64,000 bases of DNA, from the IMG/VR virus record IMGVR_UViG_2930438282_000003, positions 1-64,000 of that record. One strand, 5' to 3'. This DNA comes from a virus. Lineage: Duplodnaviria; Caudoviricetes. The notes beneath the pieces are model-generated. The model made no database searches, was not told the DNA's origin, and was given only the letters and a program-made list of their open reading frames with translations. Of this stretch, positions 28,090 to 39,100 are shown piece after piece (position 1 is the stretch's first letter; each line of letters begins with the position of its first letter). Made by a program: the position numbers and the translations under genes.

Positions 28090-28377
28090 ATGGCCAAGAT
28101 GCCCGAAGTCCGTCTAGATGTTCGGAAAGATGACTGGTTTACTCAGATTCGTAAGCTTCCTGCCTGGCAGGGCATTCCTGTGGCTCTTCCCTTGTGTCTG
28201 ATCATTGTTGGTGGATTGATTGGTGGTCTGGTTGGCGCGCTCGGTACGGTCATCAACCTCAAGATTGCGCGCCTCGCTTTGTCCCCCGTTTGGAAGGCCC
28301 TCTCCATGGTGGGCGTCATCCTTGGCGCGGTGATCACGTACCTTTTGATCGCTGCTGTGCTGGCGGCGGCGTTCTAA
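28090..28377 (+). CDS. Small low-GC membrane protein
   Basis: GAGGA SD; 95 aa, highly hydrophobic with IVGGLIGGLVGALG. Confidence 0.7.
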   Translation: MAKMPEVRLDVRKDDWFTQIRKLPAWQGIPVALPLCLIIVGGLIGGLVGALGTVINLKIARLALSPVWKALSMVGVILGAVITYLLIAAVLAAAF

Positions 28378-28517
28378 GTGCATCGATTGATGGTCGCGGC
28401 CAACCCACTTCTCCCCGCACTTCCTCCGGCGGGTGCGGCCGAGAAGCTACCGGAGTCCCGGGCGGCGCTGGCTCCGAGGCCAGTTGTGGACATCTCCAAT
28501 CCACTGCTTTACGTCTG

Positions 28518-28560
28518 ACGGCGCGGGCCCCGACGGATTCTCCGTCGGGGCCCGCGCCGT
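28518..28560. terminator. Strong hairpin between convergent genes
   Basis: 20-bp perfect stem with TTC loop. Confidence 0.75.
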
Positions 28561-28575
28561 ACGGCGTGTTTTGTT

Positions 28576-28953
28576 TTAGCCGAGGGTGAGTTTGCCTTCC
28601 CAGCCGTTGCTGACGACGGTGGTGTAGGAGCCGACGGCGGTGGCGCCTCCGGTGTACATCCGTACGGAGCCGTCGTTCATGACGGCCCACATGTCGGGGA
28701 TTCCGTCGTGGTTGGCGTCGAGTGTGCCGAGTAGCAGGCGGACGGTGGTGGGAGTCCAGCCGGAGGCGGCGTAGGTGCCGTCGGTGCCGTTGAGCGAGTT
28801 GCCGGAGTTGGCGATGGACTCGATCACGGTGCCGCCATGGCCGTTGGGTTTGCCGTAGCGGAGGGTCAGCTTGCCGGACGACAGGGTGCGGAAGACGAGG
28901 TAGACAGCGCCGTCGCCGTTGTGGTTACCGACGGAAACGAGGTCGCGGTCTGG
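28576..28953 (-). pseudogene. Orphan C-terminal fragment of an FG-GAP/VCBS-repeat secreted protein
   Basis: VGNHNGDGAVYLVFR and TLDANHDGIPDMWAV repeats; no native start, in-frame TAG upstream. Confidence 0.7.
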
Positions 28954-29189
28954 CTAGACGCTTGCGCGCACCAGACACGTTCTCCGTTGCGGTAACCGGC
29001 CAGTTGCTGCCTGATCTGACGCGACGAACGGGGGCATAGTCCAGCCAATGCAGTTGCTTTAAGCACCTGCCCAGTTCACAGGACTGCTCTGCGCTTCGGC
29101 TTCGCCGCCGCAGGCGCTCGTCGCCATCACCCGCAGCTGCCAGACCCCGGGTACACTTCCCCGCCCCACCCCGACCGGAGGTCATCTCA

Positions 29190-29717
29190 GTGTTACCTGC
29201 ACGGGTATTCGCCGTTGCCCCGCTGGCTCTGGTGATTCTCGCCCTGTCCGGCTGCTCTTCCTGGGTCTGCACCGACACGACGGCGGAGCGCGGCAAGGCT
29301 GGTGTCAGGGTGCAGGTCGTGGACACGGATGGGCAGCCTCTCCGTGTTACCGCCGAGGTCGTTGACTGGCGCCTTGAGCCCCACCCGCAGACGCCCTCCG
29401 AAGGTGACTTGGTCTTCTTCCACTACCGTTTCGACGGCGCCAGCAAGATATCCGGCCCTGCAGTGGATGCCTGCGCGGTCGATAAGGAGCGCGTGGCGTT
29501 GGGGTGTCAGACGGCTTATTCATCCCAGGGGTGGCCCAGGCCGGACGGTGCCATCACAGGCGAAAACTGGTTCGGCGTCAAGGACCCTGAGCAGGTTGCA
29601 GAAGTGCTTTTGATCCCCAATGACCAGTCCTACGACCGGCGCACCTGCGAAACAGACATCAAGGACGGTGGCGGGATACATCCTCCGGAACAACCCAGCA
29701 GGGGGGACCAGCTGTAG
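29190..29717 (+). CDS. Putative lipoprotein (IS passenger)
   Basis: GGAGG SD; signal peptide with lipobox LSGC. Confidence 0.75.
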   Translation: MLPARVFAVAPLALVILALSGCSSWVCTDTTAERGKAGVRVQVVDTDGQPLRVTAEVVDWRLEPHPQTPSEGDLVFFHYRFDGASKISGPAVDACAVDKERVALGCQTAYSSQGWPRPDGAITGENWFGVKDPEQVAEVLLIPNDQSYDRRTCETDIKDGGGIHPPEQPSRGDQL

Positions 29718-29722
29718 GGAGG

Positions 29723-31126
29723 TCAAGTCGGTTGAGCGCAAGGCACGGGCCTGCCGGCGCCCCGGTGTTTGCGCTGTTTGGTGGTCTGGTTATGCGCCCA
29801 TCGCCCCGGTGCGACCTTGCTGCGGCCGCTCCGGGTTCTCAGGATCGGCCACCGCATCGGTTTCTTGATCGCTCGGGGCCAGTCCCGGCCGGACCGGGGC
29901 GGCAGCAGACAGGACCGCGCTTCCTGGATGGCCCCCTTCCAGACGTTGGTCAGCGTGCGCCTGGAGGTGCCGTGCTGGGACGGTACGCTGCGCCGGGCGA
30001 TCCGGACGCAGCGGAGGTAGGAGAGTCGGTCGGCATCCAGGACCGGGCCGTTCGCCGCGGCGTCGTGCGCGAACCGACGGACGGCCTGGTGGACCGCGAG
30101 TACGGCCCACAGCTCCTGCCGCACGGCTTCAGGGGTGCGCGATCGGAGCGGTCCGCCGGGGCCGAGGTGGTTCTTGATCTCGTCGAAGGCCAGCTCGATC
30201 TCCCAGCGCTGCCGGTAGAGGGCGATCAGCTCGTCCGCCGGGTACTGCTCGGTGTCCAGCAGGGACGTGCCCAGGTGCACGGCCTTGTCGTTCTTGGTGA
30301 AGGTGATGACGCGGTAGGTCGTCTCCTGCGGCAGGACCCGGCCTTCGCGGGCTGCCCGGAGGAGGACGTCCTTGCCGGGGCGCATCAGGGACAGCCGGGA
30401 GCCGTCAGGCAACTCCGCCTGAGTGGTACCGAGGTGGTTGGATTGGAGCCTGGCCAGCAGATGGGCGCCGGACGTGGTGAAGGCGTGGCCGAATTCGACC
30501 GACCAGAACCCGCGGTCGGCGATGACGAGATCCCCGGGGCTTGTCGAGCTGGCCAGCGGGTAGGCCAGGCGCCGTTCGCCGTCCCGGTAGCCGCCCAGGC
30601 CGGCGTCGAGGATGGCGTGGGTGCCGATCTCCGCGAGCACGGCAGCTCGCACCTGCGGAAAGCCGAACGGCGTCCCGCCTGTAGAGGGGCCGTCGAAGGT
30701 ATCGCCGTTGCCCACCGAGTCCGGCACGTCGAACTGTGTGCCGTCCAGCGCCAGGAGGCGCAGACCACGCCACCACGCGCCGGGCGTCTCCGGGACCGCC
30801 AGCGGGCCGGCCACTTGCCGGAATACCGTTTCCAGCACCTCTTCACCGAGCCGGACTCGTGCCCGGCACAGCGACGATCGGTTGGCCCGGGACAGGGCCC
30901 GGCTGCCAGGTATGCCGCTGGTCAGCATGCGTATCACCTCCTCGTACGACTCCCGGGCGAACAGGCACAGCCCGAGCACGAAGTACACGACCAGCCGGGC
31001 CGGAAGCAGTCGACGCCGCAGCTCACCCTGCCCGTGCTTGACAACAGCCGCGTCCACGAGCTCCGGCGTGAACACCTTGGTCACGATCCCTATGCGCGAC
31101 CGGCACCCCGGCCCCCACCCCTCCAC
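29723..31126 (-). CDS. IS4-family transposase
   Basis: RRRLLPARLVVYFVL N-terminal domain, ALDGTQFDV, IADRGF, YRQRWEIELAFDEIK. Confidence 0.93.
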   Translation of the reverse strand: MEGWGPGCRSRIGIVTKVFTPELVDAAVVKHGQGELRRRLLPARLVVYFVLGLCLFARESYEEVIRMLTSGIPGSRALSRANRSSLCRARVRLGEEVLETVFRQVAGPLAVPETPGAWWRGLRLLALDGTQFDVPDSVGNGDTFDGPSTGGTPFGFPQVRAAVLAEIGTHAILDAGLGGYRDGERRLAYPLASSTSPGDLVIADRGFWSVEFGHAFTTSGAHLLARLQSNHLGTTQAELPDGSRLSLMRPGKDVLLRAAREGRVLPQETTYRVITFTKNDKAVHLGTSLLDTEQYPADELIALYRQRWEIELAFDEIKNHLGPGGPLRSRTPEAVRQELWAVLAVHQAVRRFAHDAAANGPVLDADRLSYLRCVRIARRSVPSQHGTSRRTLTNVWKGAIQEARSCLLPPRSGRDWPRAIKKPMRWPILRTRSGRSKVAPGRWAHNQTTKQRKHRGAGRPVPCAQPT

Positions 31127-31557
31127 GAGCAGGTCAACGGACCAGCCGACTCGAAAGCACCTGCATTGGCATAGTCCAGCCCCCGCACTCGGGCCGACTC
31201 AGTGTGCGTCCACCTGGTCGACCAGGTGGACGGGGCTCCGATGGCGGCCTCATGGAACCTGCGGACAGGGGGCTGAGGCGCCCGTCCTGGTAGCGCCGAT
31301 CGGCGGCATCCACTACGCAGATCAGCTCCCGTGGCTTGGCGAAGTCGTCGGTGTCGGGGAGGTCGGGCCGCCGTGGGCCCTGCCGATACCAGCTCCCGTG
31401 CCACTCGTGCAGCGACTGGAAGGGGCCCGGGCCTGACCCGGAGCAGCTTGGCGATACGTCCGCTGACCAGTGAGGACTACTGTCGGTAATTTTTGCTGCC
31501 TAGCTTTTCCCCTGGCGTCCAGTGCCAGTCCGCGGATGCTCTGCGACCGCAAGGCCA

Positions 31558-31591
31558 AGCCCCCGCACTGCAGGAGAGCAGTGCGGGGGCT
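31558..31591 (-). terminator. Terminator of the large secreted-protein gene
   Basis: 14-bp stem AGCCCCCGCACTGC / GCAGTGCGGGGGCT. Confidence 0.7.
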
Positions 31592-31628
31592 GTCGCCGGT
31601 CGTGCGGCGTGATGTCGGTCTGTTTTTT

Positions 31629-34600
31629 CTACGCGTCTGGGCCCAGGGAAGCCAGGTCGAAGGCGTTGCTGATGGCGCTGTAGCCGTCGTTGGTGAGGTT
31701 GACGTGGTCGCCTGCGTCGAAGTCGTCAGGCGCCGCGGCGCTGTTGAGCATGAGAGCAGGCGGATCTGTCACGCTCGCTGGGTCCGGGACCGCCACGGTG
31801 GATTCCGTGTCGACATAGCTGACGGTGGGTGTGGTGAAGTCGGTCTGGTCGGTGATCCAGGTATTGATGTCGGTCCGGTTTTGATCTGCCGTGGCTGTGC
31901 AGGCTGCGTAGCCGGAGCATGGAGTGAGAGTGGTGAATATGATCTTGATGCCCCAGCCTCTGAGTTGGGCGCGGAGGGTGTCAAAGGACTCCGACAGGGT
32001 GGTGGCGTCGGTACCAGCGAGAATGTCCTTGAGTCCCTCGTCGATGATGACCGTCTTGATGTTCGGCAGATCGAGGACGTCGCGATCGAGGCGGCCGAGT
32101 AGTGCCGGTCCGCCCCAGGTCTGAGGGGTGGTGAGGCTGTTGTTTTCAATGCCGGAGGCTACGACCCCGTAGTTTGGGACGCCCTGGGTGTTGTTCTGGA
32201 GGGCGTTGGCGAGATTATCGGCGGTCCTTGGAGCAGAGAGGACCTCAGTGTTTCCCGTGGCGTAGGGGTCGATGAGGTTGTCGCCGATGACGGAGACGGT
32301 GGGTTGGTCGTCAGCGGTGACGACGTCGATGTCGCTAAGGACATGGGTGCAGTAGCAGCCGGTGGTAAACGCAGTTGCAGAGGTGTCGGTGGTGTGATCG
32401 CCGGTGTCAGGTGCAGTCCAGTACTCGTGGGAGGCGCTGCTCGAGGAGTGTTCGATCAGGTAGTAATTGTCGTTGACGAGGTGAAGGCTGATCACCACGT
32501 TGTGGCCGGCCGTGGTAGCGAAGTCGATCGGGTCGCTGTAGATCTCGCCGCCGCGCGGGATGGTGATGGTGCTGTTGCCGCTGAAGGTCAGGTTTCGCGG
32601 TGTCGTCGAGGTTGCCGCTCCGCTTGCTTGACCGGCGATCGTGACATGGTCGATGGTCAGAGCGTTCACGCCGAGGGCGTTGGACAGACGGATGCGCGTG
32701 CTCGATCCAGTGACGCTGGTGGTGGCAGCGATCCGGATCGACTGGTTTTTCCAGTCACCCATGGAGGTGTTGTGCACGTCGTCCTCCGGCGGTGAGCTCC
32801 AGGCGCCGGTCCAGGATGCGCCGCCAGGGGCAGTGGTGGTGTTGCGTACGGCCATTCCGAAGATGTGTAGCCCGGGAACATACTGGCGGGCGGTGTCGCT
32901 GAGGTCCGGGAGGGTCACGGAGTTGAGCTGGGCGCCTGGCTTGAGGGGGATAGCGAAGGCGTAGATGTTGTTAGTGAACGTCTCTTGTGTGCCGTTGGTG
33001 TGGTTGCGGTGGGGAAGTGAGACCGTGGCCAGGGGGTTCGAGCCCCGGACCCAGTCCGGGACAGTCAGGTGGTAGGTGCCGGTGCTGCCGTCGGAGTAGG
33101 CGATGGAGCCGTAGGGGCCGCCCGCCCGGCAGTCTTCGTACTGTCCGTTACCGAGGGTGCACTCGGTTCCGCTGACATTGGTGCCGTCAGGGATGACAGG
33201 GCTGGAGTAGTCGTCTTCCGCACGTTGGGAGCTGACGAGTCCGTTGATGGAGAAGCCAAGAAAGACCAGAGCCTGACCGCTGGTGTTGTTCATGTTGATG
33301 GTCTGGTTGGCGGCCATCACGTTGTCGCCGGACGCGGAGGCGAAGTTGGGCAGGGTGAAGGTTGCACCGTCCACGGTGATCTTCCCGCCGGGCTGCCAGC
33401 CGGCGGCTTTGAGGTCCTGCAGGGACATGGTGCCGCCGAATCCGTCCGCGTCGGCGGCCGCTTGGTTGCTGTCGTCGGTGACGGCAGTGCTGTTGAAGGC
33501 ATCCTGGAGGCTGGCGTAGGTGTGGCCCACGTGGCCGAGAGCGGTGAACTGGTATTGCTGCTGGCTGGAGACGTTCCCGGCGGCGTCGACGGCATACACG
33601 TAGAGGGTGTGCGTTCCGGGCGCGGTGGGAGTGAGGGTGACCTGAGCTTTATTGCTGGAAGCGGTAACCGTCTGGGAGCTGGGGGTGTTCGAAGTGGGTG
33701 GCCTGACGTCCAGGTTGTAGAGAAACTTGGTTGCGCTGTCGGTGGTGAAGGTGAAACGACCGCCGGTACCGGCCGCAGTGATGCCTGGGGTGTCCTCGGG
33801 ATAGAGGCCGTCGGCGGTGGTGACGGTCGGTGCGTTCGGAGCAGTGAGGTCTACGGTGAAGTGGCAGGTAGATGAGGCGGGGCTGGTGTCCTTACCGTCG
33901 CTGGAGGTGACGCTCCAGCTGACCACGTCACCGTTCTTCAGCCCGCTCATGAACGTCGAGGACAGGGACTTAGGGGCGTTCTGGCCGCTGGCGACCGTGG
34001 CGCTGGCGGTTGTGGTGGCGGTGCCGCTGTTGACCCAGTACTTGTAGGTCGCCGCCAGGGCGTCCTTGTCGCCGTCGCTGACGGTCGCGTTCAGGGTCGG
34101 TGGCGTGGTGGCCAGGGTCTTGCCGACGACCGACGGCGTCGTGGTGCTGCAGCCGACCGAGTGTGTGCCGAACTTGGTGGCCAGGCTGGTGGGTTTGGTG
34201 GGGATGTGGTTGTACTCGATGGACATCGTCGGGTTGGTGGCGAAGCGTTTGAAGTAGTTGCCGTCGCTGCTGGCCTCTCGGCTGCTGACGAGGGCGAAGG
34301 TCCAGCTGGAGTTCTTCGCAGCGGCCTTGCTGGCGATCGTGGACGTCACCGCGAAACTGCCCGAAGGCTCACTGCTGCAGGCCGGCCCGAAACTCTTGGT
34401 AGCCAGCAGGCTGGACAGAGCGGGCCTGCTGCTCCAGGTGGTGGAGGAGCTGATGGACCCGGAGAGGTAGAGCTTGACGTCGGCGCTGTAGTCGCAACCG
34501 GCCGAGTAGCTCTCCATGGCGTCGACCGTGGCGGAGACGATGTGGGTGCCCCAGACGGCGGAGGGGATGCCGAGTTGGAAGTAGGAGCGCTCGGTGCCGA

Positions 34601-35792
34601 TGCAGCCCGACCAGCTGTTGTAGCCGACGCCGGGGTTGCCGTGCGCAGTCGAGTCGAAGTTCTTTGCCGTCGGGCAACCCTGCTGGGTCTCCACGAAGTG
34701 CTGTCTGCTGCCGCTGGCGTAGTGGGGATTCCACGCGGGGTCGATGTAGACGGGGAAGCGGGTGCTGGAACCGGTGAGCAGCTTTTGATCCGGTGTCAGC
34801 GACAGGGTGGAGCCGCTGACCTCACCGGCGACATGGGCGACCTGCGCACCCACTCCGGGGCCGGGGGCGTCCGGGCTCGCGTCCTGGGCCGTGTCAGCGT
34901 TTGTGGCCGCGGCGGCGCGCTTCTGCGCAGCGGTGCCGGCGGTGGAGGAGTCCCACATCAGCGGCTGGGGCGCGCTGAACATCACCTGGCCCGCGGGTGT
35001 AGCCGCCTGCAGGTTGTCATGTCCGTCGTCCGAGACGGTCAGGCCTGTCGTGTGAGCGGTCAGTTTCACGGTGGTCAACGCGGGATTGGCGGCCGCGGCT
35101 GCGGTCTTGACCACGAAGACTTGCGAGAACCCGCCCAGAGTGTTGGCAGTCAGGCGCAGGTCGACGTCCTTGAGGACGTCGGGGTAGGTGATGGTGGCTC
35201 CTGAGACGGTGGGCTGTGGCAGGTCCATCGGCCAGGAGAAGGACAAGCCGGTCTTACCGCTGGTCATGGATACCAACGGCGTAGTGCCGCCGCCGGAGAA
35301 CGTCACGGGCTCGGACGCAGCCTTGGGGCTGTAGCTGCCGTCGCTGTTCTGCTGAAGGGTGGCGTCGACGCGAACCCAGGCGCCGTCCTGGCGGACACGC
35401 TGGGGGAGCAGGCTGGTGGTCCAGGTGACGGTCCCTGAGGGGTTGGCCTGGACAGTCGCGGTTTCCGTGGTCAGGGCGTCGATCTGGACGGGGCTGCCTG
35501 TCGTGGCCGCCTTGCTTTGAGCCGCGGCCAGGGCTGTCTGCTGGTCCCTGGTCAGTCCTGAGTCGTCTGCGGGTCGGGTTGTGCCCAGAGGACCGTCCGG
35601 GTGGGTCTCGGGCAGGGGTGGCGCGGGTATGGAAACCGGCGACGCACCGCCATTGTCGGCTGCGGCAGGTATGGCGGGCGCCAGCGACACCGTCAGGGCA
35701 CTGACAGCGGCCGTGATCAGTAGTCTGCCAGGAATTCGCGGTTTCTTTTTGAATGGTCTGTTCGCGAGCTGCGGGCGGAATAGGCCGGACAT
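31629..35792 (-). CDS. Large secreted multidomain protein (beta-rich/Ig-like) ending in a catalytically degenerate SGNH domain
   Basis: Signal peptide ending PAAA-D; P.MWDS and FPVYIDP motifs of Streptomyces Rhs-neighbour proteins; RIRLSNALG and LGRLDRDVL SGNH-family motifs. Confidence 0.8.
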   Translation of the reverse strand: MSGLFRPQLANRPFKKKPRIPGRLLITAAVSALTVSLAPAIPAAADNGGASPVSIPAPPLPETHPDGPLGTTRPADDSGLTRDQQTALAAAQSKAATTGSPVQIDALTTETATVQANPSGTVTWTTSLLPQRVRQDGAWVRVDATLQQNSDGSYSPKAASEPVTFSGGGTTPLVSMTSGKTGLSFSWPMDLPQPTVSGATITYPDVLKDVDLRLTANTLGGFSQVFVVKTAAAAANPALTTVKLTAHTTGLTVSDDGHDNLQAATPAGQVMFSAPQPLMWDSSTAGTAAQKRAAAATNADTAQDASPDAPGPGVGAQVAHVAGEVSGSTLSLTPDQKLLTGSSTRFPVYIDPAWNPHYASGSRQHFVETQQGCPTAKNFDSTAHGNPGVGYNSWSGCIGTERSYFQLGIPSAVWGTHIVSATVDAMESYSAGCDYSADVKLYLSGSISSSTTWSSRPALSSLLATKSFGPACSSEPSGSFAVTSTIASKAAAKNSSWTFALVSSREASSDGNYFKRFATNPTMSIEYNHIPTKPTSLATKFGTHSVGCSTTTPSVVGKTLATTPPTLNATVSDGDKDALAATYKYWVNSGTATTTASATVASGQNAPKSLSSTFMSGLKNGDVVSWSVTSSDGKDTSPASSTCHFTVDLTAPNAPTVTTADGLYPEDTPGITAAGTGGRFTFTTDSATKFLYNLDVRPPTSNTPSSQTVTASSNKAQVTLTPTAPGTHTLYVYAVDAAGNVSSQQQYQFTALGHVGHTYASLQDAFNSTAVTDDSNQAAADADGFGGTMSLQDLKAAGWQPGGKITVDGATFTLPNFASASGDNVMAANQTINMNNTSGQALVFLGFSINGLVSSQRAEDDYSSPVIPDGTNVSGTECTLGNGQYEDCRAGGPYGSIAYSDGSTGTYHLTVPDWVRGSNPLATVSLPHRNHTNGTQETFTNNIYAFAIPLKPGAQLNSVTLPDLSDTARQYVPGLHIFGMAVRNTTTAPGGASWTGAWSSPPEDDVHNTSMGDWKNQSIRIAATTSVTGSSTRIRLSNALGVNALTIDHVTIAGQASGAATSTTPRNLTFSGNSTITIPRGGEIYSDPIDFATTAGHNVVISLHLVNDNYYLIEHSSSSASHEYWTAPDTGDHTTDTSATAFTTGCYCTHVLSDIDVVTADDQPTVSVIGDNLIDPYATGNTEVLSAPRTADNLANALQNNTQGVPNYGVVASGIENNSLTTPQTWGGPALLGRLDRDVLDLPNIKTVIIDEGLKDILAGTDATTLSESFDTLRAQLRGWGIKIIFTTLTPCSGYAACTATADQNRTDINTWITDQTDFTTPTVSYVDTESTVAVPDPASVTDPPALMLNSAAAPDDFDAGDHVNLTNDGYSAISNAFDLASLGPDA

Positions 35793-36135
35793 TTGCCCCC
35801 CATGGTGCGTCCGATTAGTCGGAGCCAATAGACAGCGGGGAGGGTACCTGTATTAGGTCAAAGCAACAAGCGATGGCCGAAAATCGCCTGTCGATCACAC
35901 CCGCGGCAAGTGCGTGGCATGTGCACCTTGATATCCGGAGTACGTCGTTGGGTGTCTCTTGGGTGATCGGTCCGTTTTTTCGACTCAACGCATGCCGCAT
36001 ATGCAAATTCTTGACTCGATCAAGCGCATTCATGGCAATCTATTTACCTGATCATTGCCGTGGACGGCCTGCGGAATCTGATCTCGTATTGATTAGATTC
36101 TCCTTCGGTAGTCACGCCGAATTGGGGGGTCTGGG

Positions 36136-39100
36136 GTGGGTCGGAATTCGCTGTGGCGAATTTACAGAAAATCCATGCGTATGCGTAGGGCGCCCGCCCT
36201 GTGGATCGTCGCCGTTACCGCACTGGGCCTGCTGACCGCATTGCTTTCTCCGCAGTCAGCCCTTGCAGACGGGAACCGTCCCGACTACCTCGTCAAGACG
36301 GGCAAGGAACGGTCGGTGCCCGTGTCGGCGGTCAAGGGCAAGACCGCCAAGGTGCCGAAAATGGCACGCTGGAGTACAGGCCAGGCCCGCAAATCGTGGC
36401 CCGCGGCTGCCTCATCCGACGCGGTGGTGCCCGCGCAAGGCGCCGTGGCACAGCGGGCGGGAAAGTTGCCGGTCGCTGTTTCGGCGGCCAAGAAGGGGCA
36501 CCGCATCACTGCCGGCACCAAGGTCCACGTGAGCCTGCCCGGTCAGGCGGCCGCCCAGAAACTGGGCCTGCACGGCGTCGTCTTCACCGTGCGGCCCGAC
36601 CAGGCCACCTCTGGCGGCACCGCCCGAGTGGATCTGGACTACTCGGCTTTCAAGGACGCCTACGGAGGGGACTGGGCAGGCCGACTGCGTTTGGTCAGTC
36701 TGCCGGCCTGTGCGCTGACCACTCCACAGTCCGGCGCCTGCCGCAAGCAAACCCTGCTGACCTCGACCAACGACGCCAAGGCCCAGACTGTCGCGGCCGA
36801 AATCGCTCTGCCCGCTTCCACCACGACGCAGGTGGTGCTGGCGGCGGAGGCGACCGCGTCAGGCGGAGGCGGCAGTTACGCGGCTACCTCCCTTGCCTCG
36901 TCCGGGCAGTGGTCCGCCGGCGGTTCCAGCGGTGCCTTCAGCTATACGTACCCCATCTCGACGCCCGACGTCCCCGGCAGCCTCGTCCCGAGCGTGTCGC
37001 TGAACTACAGCTCGCAGAGTGTGGACGGACGTACGTCCTCGACAAACGCCCAGTCCTCCTGGATCGGTGACGGCTGGGACTACTCGCCCGGTTTCGTCGA
37101 GCGCACCTACGCCTCCTGTTCCGACGACACCGCGAACGGGACGCCGAAGACGTCCGACGAGTGCTGGTCCGACGCCACCGACACGCTGACGCTGTCGCTG
37201 AACGGCTCGTCCAACACCCTCGTCCACGACGACGCCACGAACACCTGGCACCCGCAGGACGACAACGGCGAGAAGATCGAAATCAAGACCAACACGGTCA
37301 ACGGCGACAACGACAACGAGTACTTCATTGTCACAACCGCCGACGGCACGAAGTACTACTTCGGACTGAACCGGCTGCCCGGGTGGGCATCCGGCAACGC
37401 GACTACCAACTCGGTGTTCACCAGCCCCGTGTACGGCAACGACACGGGCGAGCCCTGCCACGCCTCCGCCTTCGCCGACTCCTGGTGCCAGCAGGCATAC
37501 CGGTGGAACCTCGACTACACCGTTGACCCGCACGGCAACGCGATCAGCTACTGGTACACACCCGAAACCGGTTACTACGGCAGGGACAACTCCACCGCTC
37601 CCACCGCATACACCCGCGGCGGCTACCTATCCAAGATCCAATACGGCCAGCTGGCGGACAAGGTCTACGACAGCAGCGCCCCAGCCGCCGCCCAGGTCTT
37701 CTTCGACACTTTCGAGCGCTGCCTGCCCGACTCCGACTTCGACTGCGACACGTCGAAGATGACAACGGCCAACGCCACACACTGGCCCGACGTCCCCGTC
37801 GACCAGACCTGCGCCTCCTCGGGAAGTTGCAGTAACCACGGCCCGGCGTTCTTTACCACCCAGCGTCTGACCGGCATCCGCACCCAGGTCCTGGTCGGCA
37901 CCGGCTACCAGGACGTAGACGCCTGGACTCTCAGCCACACGTTCCCGTCGACTGGTGACACCACCACCCCGTCGCTGTGGCTGAGCCAGATCGTGCACAC
38001 CGGCAAGGACGGGGGCAGCCTGGCCATGCAGCCCGTGAAGTTCGCCGGGCAGGCGCTGGCCAACCGGGTGGACGGTCTGGACGGTTACCAGCCGATCACC
38101 CGCTACCGGATCACCACGGTCACCACCGAATCCGGTGAGGTGGTCACGGTCAACTACAGCAGCCCGGAGTGCCACCGTGCGGGTACCAAGGTGTTGCCGT
38201 CCAGCGAGGACAGCAACACCTACCGTTGCTATCCGCAGTACTGGACCCCGCCGGGACAGACGTCGCCGCAACTGGACTGGTTCAACAAGTTCGTCGTCAA
38301 CTCCGTGACAGCCCAGGACCCCACCGGCAACGGGCCGCCCGTACAGACCTCCTACGAGTATGTCGGCGATCCTGCCTGGCACTTCAACGACGATCCGCTG
38401 ACCCAGGCCAAGTACCGCACGTGGAACCAGTGGCGCGGCTACGGCACGGTCGAGGCCCGCACCGGCACCGACCCGGAGAAGATCACGCTGTCGAGGCAGA
38501 CGTACTTCCGCGGCATGGACGGTGACAAGACCTCCACCGGCACGCGCAGCGTCACGCTCAAAGACAGCGCTGACGACGACTCGCAGAAGGACTCCGACTG
38601 GCTGGCCGGCCAAACCTTCGAAGCCCAGTCCTTCAACGGCGACAACGGCGCACTGCTCTCCGACGGTGTCACCGACCCCTGGACGTCCTCGGCCACAGCC
38701 ACTCAGTCACGCACGAAGTCCGGCCTGGACCCCGTTATCGCCCACCGCATTAACACCAAGCGGGCTCGCACCGTCACCACTAAGGCCAACGGAAACAAGC
38801 AGACCACCGAGATCGACTACACGATCGACGACGCCACCGGTCTGCCCCAGGCCGTCGACGACCAGGGCGACACCTCTACCTCCACCGACGACAAATGCAC
38901 CCGCACCTGGTACGCACAGGACGCCTCCGGCAACCTGCTCCCCATCCCGCGCCGGGTCCAGGAAGTGTCCGTCGCTTGCTCCGTCACTCCGAACCTGAAG
39001 ACCGACCTGCTCAGTGATGATCTGACGTTCTTCGACAACTCCACCGACAACACCGCCACGCCCACCAAGGGCGACGTGACGATGGTGCAGAAGGCCGACT

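Larger units (their letters stand above)
29046..31168 (-). mobile_element. IS4-family element carrying a lipoprotein passenger gene
   Basis: TIRs CAATGCAGTTGCTTT (29046) and AAAGCACCTGCATTG (31154-31168); 12-bp target duplication GCATAGTCCAGC at 29034-29045 and 31169-31180. Confidence 0.9.
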
